Below, one piece after another: positions 57,310 to 64,000 of a stretch of DNA of 64,000 bases; position 1 is the stretch's first letter, and every line of letters starts with the position of its first letter. The notes under the pieces are model-generated. The model searched no databases. It saw only the letters and a list, made by a program, of their open reading frames with translations, and was not told the origin of the DNA. Position numbers and translations under genes: made by a program. Source of the DNA: Patescibacteria group bacterium (GTDB lineage: Bacteria; Patescibacteriota; JAQUNI01); the NCBI GenBank assembly GCA_028717685.1, contig JAQUNI010000001.1, positions 548,062 through 612,061 on the forward strand. The letters are read 5' to 3'.

Positions 57310-58929
57310 TCAGTCCAGAGTGGTTGGGTTTAACAAATTTTTACTTCTTAATTTATGGTGATAGGCGATCGCAAAGCGGTGAGCTTCGTCGCGAATGCGT
57401 TTTAAGAGCATCAGACCCGCGGAAGCCAGAGGAATGCTAATGGGTTCTTTTTGATGGGGAATATAGATTTGTTCTAATTTTTTCGCCAGCGCGCAGAGGG
57501 GAATTGTGATTTGGTATTTTTTGAAGACCTGAAGAGCGGCATTGAGTTGAGGTTTGCCGCCATCCACTAAAATTAAATCTGGCAGAGGCCAGCTATCCTT
57601 TTGATTAATTCTTTTCAGGCGGCGAGCGAGGATTTCCCGCATCATAGCGACATCATTGGGGGAGTGGATGGTTTTAATTTTAAAGCGGCGGTAGGAATTT
57701 TTTTGAGGTTTGCCGTTTTCGAAAACAATAAGAGAACCGCTCGCCTCTTGACCCTGAATATTGGAGATATCATAAGCCTCAATCCTTTGAGGAGGTTTTT
57801 TAAGCCTTAAATAGCTCGCAAGTTCAATAAGCGCCTTTTCTATTTTTCTTTTTTGCGTTTTTTCTGTTCTGATGCGCGTTTTTAAATACTCACGGGCGTT
57901 TTTTTCTCCCATTTTGATCAGTTTTCTCTTTGGGCCTTTCTGGGGGACAGTGAGTTTTGCTCTAAGGAGAGGCGTTTTTTTCACTGTGGCGGGGAGGATA
58001 ATCTCTTGAGGTTGATTCTCTTTGTAAAAATAGTATTCACCTATAAATCTTTGCAAAATTTCGTTGTCTGTTTTTTTCATTGTATGCAGAAGGATAAAGT
58101 TTTCTTTACCTATGAGATGCCCTTCGCGAATACGGAAAAGATTCACCACGGCCATCTTTTTGCCGCGGGTGACGCTAATCACATCTTGGCTTTTTAAATC
58201 GCGGCTTACTACTTTTTGTTTTTCCTGAATTTTTTCTAAGGCTAAAATCCGATCGCGCAGGATAGCCGCGGTTTCAAAATTTTGTTTAGCGCTTTCCTTC
58301 CCCATTTTCTTTTTTATTTCTCGGATAATAGGGAGATTATGACCGCGCAAAAAAGAAGTAATCTCGCTAATAATTTTTTGGTATGCTTCTCTCTCTATTT
58401 TATTCTCGCAAGGGGCAGGGCAGAGTTTGAGGTGCGAGAAAAGGCAGATGCGATGGGGTAAAATTCGGCAGGAGCGGTAGGGAAAAATTTTGCGCAAGAC
58501 TTTAAGGGTGGTGCGCGCTTCGTCGCTCGCAGGATAGGGTCCGAAAAGAATACCCTCTTCCTTTTTGGTTTTGCGGTTTTCCCTTTCTATAAAAACGCGA
58601 GGGAATTTTTCAGCCGTGATTTTAATGTAAACATAGGATTTGTCGTCCTTGAAGACAATATTATAGCGGGGCCTATATTTTTTGATTAGATTATTTTCCA
58701 AAAGCAGGGCTTCCTGCTCGTTGTCCACGACAATATGTTCTAGGCTTTTAGCGCGAGCGAGCATAAGCTTTTTATCAGGCGCAAGGTTCTCTTGATTTCT
58801 GAAATAAGAAGCAATCCTTTTTTTAAGGTTTTTGGCTTTACCCACATAGATTACCTTTTGATTCTGATCGCGGAAGATATAGATGCCGGGAGCAGGAGGG
58901 AAGTTTTCTTGACTTATTTTGAGGTTCAT
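57310..58929 (-). CDS. uvrC: Excinuclease ABC subunit C
   Basis: GIY-YIG N-terminus (GIYIFRDQNQKVIYVGKAKNLKKR), UvrBC-interaction region and an RNase H-like endonuclease domain. 539 aa, so the C-terminal HhH region appears short or absent. Confidence 0.93.
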   Translation of the reverse strand: MNLKISQENFPPAPGIYIFRDQNQKVIYVGKAKNLKKRIASYFRNQENLAPDKKLMLARAKSLEHIVVDNEQEALLLENNLIKKYRPRYNIVFKDDKSYVYIKITAEKFPRVFIERENRKTKKEEGILFGPYPASDEARTTLKVLRKIFPYRSCRILPHRICLFSHLKLCPAPCENKIEREAYQKIISEITSFLRGHNLPIIREIKKKMGKESAKQNFETAAILRDRILALEKIQEKQKVVSRDLKSQDVISVTRGKKMAVVNLFRIREGHLIGKENFILLHTMKKTDNEILQRFIGEYYFYKENQPQEIILPATVKKTPLLRAKLTVPQKGPKRKLIKMGEKNAREYLKTRIRTEKTQKRKIEKALIELASYLRLKKPPQRIEAYDISNIQGQEASGSLIVFENGKPQKNSYRRFKIKTIHSPNDVAMMREILARRLKRINQKDSWPLPDLILVDGGKPQLNAALQVFKKYQITIPLCALAKKLEQIYIPHQKEPISIPLASAGLMLLKRIRDEAHRFAIAYHHKLRSKNLLNPTTLD

Positions 58930-59142
58930 AGGATAATTGTGAATTGAAATTTGGGCAGTTTGGTTCTTTATTATATTATAGATTTTGATTATTTTTTTGG
59001 AAAGGATGGAAAATCTAAAATCTTTTAGAAAGAGAGGGAGAAATGAAAGTGATTAATGAGGATGAATTAGAGAATTGCATAGAGAATATAATTTCGGAAA
59101 TAGTGGATTTTGAGGATGGGATCGTCTAGAAGCTGTTTGATG

Positions 59143-59465
59143 TTTTGGGAGTTGGTTCTTTGGAAAGTTTAGGGGGTGAACCAACATTTTTAGACGACTT
59201 GGCGAGTGAGGTAGGTGGAATTTTAAGGAAGGGAAAAGCAAGTCTTAGCCAAGATAGAGGTTTAGAAGATATTTTAAAACAAATTGAGGAAAGAATATTG
59301 GTAGTTATTGTAGAATTTGTTAACAGTGTTTTAGATGCCGTTGATTTTGACAAAGGCAGAATAAATATTACTTTAAGGTGCCGCAAACCTTCCTCGGTTC
59401 TGCATGGAAAGATTAAAGGAATAATTGAAGATTATTTAACAGAAGAAACCAGCAATACTGCGTGA
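59143..59465 (+). CDS. Hypothetical protein, about 106 aa, TTG start
   Basis: ORF with no ATG start and no clear RBS; preceded by a 28-aa mini-ORF with RBS GAGGGAG. Confidence 0.25.
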
Positions 59466-59659
59466 TTAGATTCTCGCAGTTTTTTTTATTGGAAGGGAAT
59501 GGAGTCGCACGGATATTTTCATCTTGCAATATGACTCCACAGCCCCTTTGGGGACTATGGAGCCAACACCCTATTATCAAGTTTTGACCCAAGGGCTTTT
59601 TTGGTATATAATTATAAAGTTTAAAAATTTTTAAGTAAGATAATTCAAAACAAAAAATA

Positions 59660-62500
59660 ATGCCGAAGAAAATTATTATCCGCGGGGCGCGGGTGCATAA
59701 TCTAAAAAATATCAATCTAGAGATTCCACGAGATAAATTAGTGGTTTTTACTGGTTTGTCCGGCTCGGGAAAGTCCTCGCTTGCCTTTGATACGATTTAT
59801 GCCGAAGGTCAGCGCCGTTATGTGGAGAGTCTATCCGCTTACGCGCGGCAGTTTTTAGGTTTAATGGATAAGCCGGATGTGGATCAAATCGAAGGATTAT
59901 CACCAGCGATTTCCATTGATCAGAAATCCGCTTCCTCTAATCCGCGGTCTACAGTGGGCACGATTACTGAAATTTACGATTACTTACGTTTGCTATTCAG
60001 CCGCGTCGGCAAACCTCATTGCCTTTCCTGTGGCAAGCCGATTACCGCCCAGACAGCGAGCCAGATTACAGACAAGATTCTTGCCCTTCCTCGCGATTCT
60101 CGGGTAATTATTTTAGCCCCCTTGGTGCGCGATCGCAAAGGCGAACATAAACGGGAAATGGCAGAGATTCAAAGAGCAGGGTTTGTGCGGGTGCGTTTAG
60201 ATGGAGTGATATTAGAATTGGAAGAGGCGCTTCAGGGCAATATTAATCCTAAAAAGAAACACACTTTAGAGATTGTGGTGGATCGGCTAGAGATCAGTGG
60301 AAACAAAGAAAACAGAGAGCGGGTTGCCGATTCCATAGAGACAGCATTAAATTTAGGCAATAGTTTAATTATTGTGCATAATCTGAACACCAGTGAGGAC
60401 TTGATGTTTTCAGAAAATTTTGCCTGCCCGGAATGCGGCTTAAGTCTGCCTAGCTTAGAACCGCGCGATTTTTCTTTTAATTCGCCGCACGGCGCCTGCC
60501 CGGAATGTACTGGTCTTGGCACTAAGTTAGAGGTTGACCCTCTCTTAGTGATTCCGAATAAAAGGCTTTCTATTTATGAGGGCGCGATTCGGCCCTGGGC
60601 AAGGAGCGCTTCGCGCAATGGTTGGTATATTCAGATGTTGGAAGCAGTGGCTTCTTATTACGGTTTTTCCTTGAGCACCCCTGTGGCAGGGCTTAAAAAA
60701 AAGGATCTGGAGATTATCCTTTATGGGACTGCCGATACCCGCATTCCTACCGCGTTTAAAAGAGATTATCGTTATTTGCAAGCCGAAATTCCTTTTGAAG
60801 GGGTGATCCCTAATTTGGCTCGGAGATATCAGGAGACAGAATCTGATTATGTGCGCCGTGAGATTGAAAAATATATGCGCATTTATCCTTGCCCCACTTG
60901 CAATGGTATGCGTCTCAAAAAAGAAATTTTAGGGGTAAAGATTATGGGGCGTTCCATTGTGGATATTGCGCAAAAGGACATTGCTGAAGCCATAACTTTC
61001 TTCCAAAATTTAGAAAAGGATTTAAACGCTCGGGATAAAATTATCGCTAAGCAGATTTTAAAAGAGATCCGCGCCCGTCTTTCTTTTTTGCAAAATGTGG
61101 GTCTTTCTTATTTAACTTTGGATCGGCCGGCAGCCTCCTTGGCGGGCGGCGAATCCCAAAGAATCAGGCTCGCAACCCAGATCGGTTCTGCTTTAGTCGG
61201 CGTGCTTTATATTCTGGATGAACCCTCTATTGGTTTGCATCAAAAAGACAATGTGCGCTTAATTGAAACCTTAAAAAAATTGAGAGATCAGGGTAACACG
61301 GTAATTGTAGTGGAACATGATGAAGAAATGATTTTAAACGCCGACTTTATCGTGGATATCGGACCAGGGGCGGGGAGAGAAGGCGGGGCAATCGTCGCTT
61401 GTGGAACACCGGCAGAGATTAAAAGGAACAAACGTTCTCTTACGGGTCAATATTTAAGCCGTCATCTGGAGATTCCCTTGCCTCAAAAATATCGTCCTGG
61501 AAGCCACAAAAAAATCACCATTTATGGCGCTTCGGCGCATAATTTAAAAGAGATTACCGCGGAGATTCCTTTGGGCAAGCTAGTTTGCGTTACCGGCGTT
61601 TCGGGTTCGGGTAAATCCACTTTAATCTGCGATATCTTGGCGCGGTCCTTGGCTCAATATTTTTATCGCGCCCGCACCCTACCGGCTAAACATAAGAAGA
61701 TCACGGGTTTTTCATATCTGGACAAAGTGATCAGTATTGATCAATCACCGATTGGCCGCACTCCGCGTTCCAACCCGGCGACTTATACTGGCGCATTCAC
61801 CCACATCCGTGATCTTTATGCGGCAACTCAGGAGGCCAAAATTCGAGGTTATCGCGCGGGTCGTTTTAGTTTTAATGTGAAAGGAGGTCGGTGCGAGGCC
61901 TGCCGGGGTGAGGGTTTAGTCAGGATTGAAATGCAGTTTCTGCCGGATGTGTATGTGGAATGCGAAGAATGTAATGGCACCCGTTACAACAAAGAAGCCC
62001 TGGAGATTTATTACAAAGATAAAAATATCGCTGATGTTTTAAAAATGACCGTGGCAGAAGCTTTGCAGTTTTTCCGCAATGTGCCAGCGATATATCAAAA
62101 ATTAATAGTTTTATGCGATGTGGGTTTGGATTATATTCAGTTAGGTCAACCTGCACCTACTCTTTCTGGCGGCGAAGCGCAAAGAGTGAAACTCGCTAGC
62201 GAACTCGCGCGGCGCGCTACAGGGAAGACCCTGTATATTTTAGATGAACCGACCACGGGTTTGCATTTTCACGATGTGGGAAGGCTGTTGGCGGTTTTAA
62301 ACCAACTGGTGGATAAAGGCAATACGGTTTTGGTGATTGAGCATAACTTAGATGTCATCAAATCCGCGGATTGGATTATTGATTTGGGACCGGATGGCGG
62401 GGAGGCGGGCGGCTATCTTGTAGCGGCAGGCACGCCGCGCCAAGTCGCCAAAGTGAAAGCAAGTTATACGGGACAGTTCTTGAAGAAATACTTTCAATAA
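59660..62500 (+). CDS. uvrA: Excinuclease ABC subunit A
   Basis: 946 aa with duplicated ABC ATPase modules (two Walker [19 protein letters not shown], signature LSGGE) and zinc-finger CxxC pairs. Confidence 0.97.
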   Translation: MPKKIIIRGARVHNLKNINLEIPRDKLVVFTGLSGSGKSSLAFDTIYAEGQRRYVESLSAYARQFLGLMDKPDVDQIEGLSPAISIDQKSASSNPRSTVGTITEIYDYLRLLFSRVGKPHCLSCGKPITAQTASQITDKILALPRDSRVIILAPLVRDRKGEHKREMAEIQRAGFVRVRLDGVILELEEALQGNINPKKKHTLEIVVDRLEISGNKENRERVADSIETALNLGNSLIIVHNLNTSEDLMFSENFACPECGLSLPSLEPRDFSFNSPHGACPECTGLGTKLEVDPLLVIPNKRLSIYEGAIRPWARSASRNGWYIQMLEAVASYYGFSLSTPVAGLKKKDLEIILYGTADTRIPTAFKRDYRYLQAEIPFEGVIPNLARRYQETESDYVRREIEKYMRIYPCPTCNGMRLKKEILGVKIMGRSIVDIAQKDIAEAITFFQNLEKDLNARDKIIAKQILKEIRARLSFLQNVGLSYLTLDRPAASLAGGESQRIRLATQIGSALVGVLYILDEPSIGLHQKDNVRLIETLKKLRDQGNTVIVVEHDEEMILNADFIVDIGPGAGREGGAIVACGTPAEIKRNKRSLTGQYLSRHLEIPLPQKYRPGSHKKITIYGASAHNLKEITAEIPLGKLVCVTGVSGSGKSTLICDILARSLAQYFYRARTLPAKHKKITGFSYLDKVISIDQSPIGRTPRSNPATYTGAFTHIRDLYAATQEAKIRGYRAGRFSFNVKGGRCEACRGEGLVRIEMQFLPDVYVECEECNGTRYNKEALEIYYKDKNIADVLKMTVAEALQFFRNVPAIYQKLIVLCDVGLDYIQLGQPAPTLSGGEAQRVKLASELARRATGKTLYILDEPTTGLHFHDVGRLLAVLNQLVDKGNTVLVIEHNLDVIKSADWIIDLGPDGGEAGGYLVAAGTPRQVAKVKASYTGQFLKKYFQ

Positions 62501-62649
62501 TTTTTAATTTTTAATTCTGAATTTTAAATCAAATCCAAATTTTAAATTCTTAATTTTAAAACTTTTTTTTCTTCGTTTTAAACTTTAAAATTCAAGCATT
62601 TAAAATTGATTTAAAATTAAAAATTTATAATTTAAAATTTTATTTAAGG

Positions 62650-63609
62650 ATGAAAGCTGGTATTCAAAAAAATATCTTATACACTCTCACCTTTTTTGAT
62701 TTGATTGGCAAACCTTTGACCATTTTTGAGTGTTGGCAATATCTTTTTAATGTCTTTCCCTTGAAATCCGGAGCAAGCATTATAGAGATAGAGAGTATTC
62801 TTCGGAAACATCCGAAGGTAGCAAATTTTCGTGGTTTTTATTTTTTGAAAGGCCATAGAGGGTTAGTGGACAGAAGGCGGAGAGAACATAATTTTTCTCA
62901 AGTTAAATGGAAGAGAGCGCGCCGCGCCGCCCGTCTTTTGTCTTATGTGCCCTTTGTGAGGATGGTCGCGGTCTGTAATACCGTGGCTTTTGATACAGCC
63001 GGAAAAGGAAGTGATATTGATTTTTTAATTTTAGTCCAGAACGGAAAAATGTGGACTACCCGCTTTGCGGTTACTTTTCTCGTCTCCTTTCTGGGCCTTA
63101 GAAGACATCATCGCAAAATCGCTGACCGCATTTGCCTGTCTTTTTATTTAGCGGACAATTGTTTGGATTTAAGAAGAGTGGCTTTAAGGAAAGAAAATGG
63201 CGCGATTAATGATCCTTATTTAGTTTATTGGACGAGTAAGGTGAGTCCTGTTTACGATGAAGGGAGGGGAAAATCTTTTTTATTACAAAACAATTGGATG
63301 CGTAAATATCTTCCAAACTATATTCCTTATTCGGGAGTAGGGAGGCGCGTTATTCAAAATAATCTTCCAAAAAAGATTTGGAAAAAAAGCATAGAATGGT
63401 TATTGTGTTCAATTTTTGGCAATTTAGGCGAAGATATTTTAAAGAAATTACAACTCGCTAAAATGTCACACAATACCAAAAGCGTGGCGCGCGAACAAAA
63501 TACGAAAGTGATTATTTCGGATCAAATCCTGAAATTTCACGAACGGGATTTAAGGGGGTTTTATCAAGAGGGGCTTGACAAGAAATTTAATTTTGCTAAA
63601 ATAATTTAG
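62650..63609 (+). CDS. Nucleotidyltransferase-fold (Pol-beta superfamily) protein of unknown function
   Basis: Minimal NTase signature GKGSDIDFLIL (GS…DxD) at about residue 115, a possible third acidic site near LADNCLD, and a basic Arg-rich segment. Confidence 0.4.
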   Translation: MKAGIQKNILYTLTFFDLIGKPLTIFECWQYLFNVFPLKSGASIIEIESILRKHPKVANFRGFYFLKGHRGLVDRRRREHNFSQVKWKRARRAARLLSYVPFVRMVAVCNTVAFDTAGKGSDIDFLILVQNGKMWTTRFAVTFLVSFLGLRRHHRKIADRICLSFYLADNCLDLRRVALRKENGAINDPYLVYWTSKVSPVYDEGRGKSFLLQNNWMRKYLPNYIPYSGVGRRVIQNNLPKKIWKKSIEWLLCSIFGNLGEDILKKLQLAKMSHNTKSVAREQNTKVIISDQILKFHERDLRGFYQEGLDKKFNFAKII

Positions 63610-63614
63610 CACTC

Positions 63615-63643
63615 TTGACAGGAGTCTGCTAATTCTCTATAAT
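63615..63643 (+). promoter_or_regulatory. Consensus sigma70 promoter for groES
   Basis: TTGACA at 63615-63620, 17-nt spacer, TATAAT at 63638-63643. Confidence 0.55.
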
Positions 63644-63683
63644 TAATTATTATTAGAAATTAAATCCAATAAATCAAAAAATT

Positions 63684-63974
63684 ATGATCATCCAACCTTT
63701 AGACGACAAAGTGGTGATTAAACCATTAGATGAAGAAGAAAAAACCAAAGGCGGCATTGTTTTACCTGATACCGCGGAGAAAGAAAAACCCGAAAAAGGA
63801 AAAGTGGTAGCTGTTGGTCCGGGCAAAATTTCGGATAATGGCGCGAGATCTCCGATGATGGTTAAGAAAGGGGATGTGGTTTTATTTACTAAATACAGCC
63901 CGAATGAAATCAAGATTGACGGCAAAGAGGTTTTAATTGTTTCTGAATCTGACATTTTAGCAATCCTTAAATAA
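63684..63974 (+). CDS. groES: Co-chaperonin GroES
   Basis: 96 aa (…[11 protein letters not shown]…[25 protein letters not shown]…) with the mobile-loop region. Confidence 0.95.
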   Translation: MIIQPLDDKVVIKPLDEEEKTKGGIVLPDTAEKEKPEKGKVVAVGPGKISDNGARSPMMVKKGDVVLFTKYSPNEIKIDGKEVLIVSESDILAILK

Positions 63975-64000
63975 TTTTAAAACTTGTAACTAATAAACTT

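Noticed and set aside
62500-62649. Repetitive AT-rich block (aatttttaatttttaattctgaattttaaat…) as a possible CRISPR array
   Set aside because: Repeat unit is about 7 nt with no unique spacers of 25-40 nt and no cas genes. It belongs to the heptamer tandem-repeat family.
62650-63609. CBASS/CD-NTase signalling system
   Set aside because: Only a minimal GS…DxD signature is present. No adjacent effector, cap or Cap2/3 genes; the neighbours are uvrA and groES.

Overview
The window is dense in bacterial housekeeping genes, with about 45 confident protein genes, two tRNAs and several terminators and promoters. Identified genes: ruvB, ruvA, polA, holA, uvrA, uvrB, uvrC, recA, ssb, rpoB, rpoC, ftsK, pyrG, efp, rpsF-ssb-rpsR, rpsT, trpS, RNase J, secG, groES, tsaD, tsaE, a short tsaB, uppP, PilB/GspE ATPase, FemAB family, a Mur ligase, a phosphomannomutase and a sugar nucleotidyltransferase. 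GC is low (~40%) and intergenic regions are AT-rich. Proteins such as VanW, an SBBP beta-propeller protein, an O-antigen-ligase-like TPR protein and a short TsaB suggest a small-genome, Patescibacteria/CPR-like organism (inference only). No CRISPR array, rRNA, integrase or transposase is visible.

The most notable non-standard signals are:
- an 18-bp palindrome TTAGAA-N6-TTCTAA present three times, once exactly over the recA -35 box (candidate SOS-type operator);
- a roughly 400-nt hairpin-rich transcribed region with a canonical sigma70 promoter, ahead of a 64-aa hydrophobic ORF (candidate ncRNA or leader);
- pervasive 7-8 nt tandem repeats in intergenic DNA, also inserted in frame in tsaD and the FemAB gene;
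- a composite palindromic repeat element with a GCGAGATCTCGC core at two loci;
- a tight cassette of three small Cys-rich/acidic ORFs;
- a ribbon-helix-helix domain fused to a sugar nucleotidyltransferase;
- a membrane hydrolase gene inserted between rpoB and rpoC;
- repeated GGGGACTATGGAGCCAAC motifs flanking uvrC.

All calls come from reading the sequence and translations. No database searches were run.
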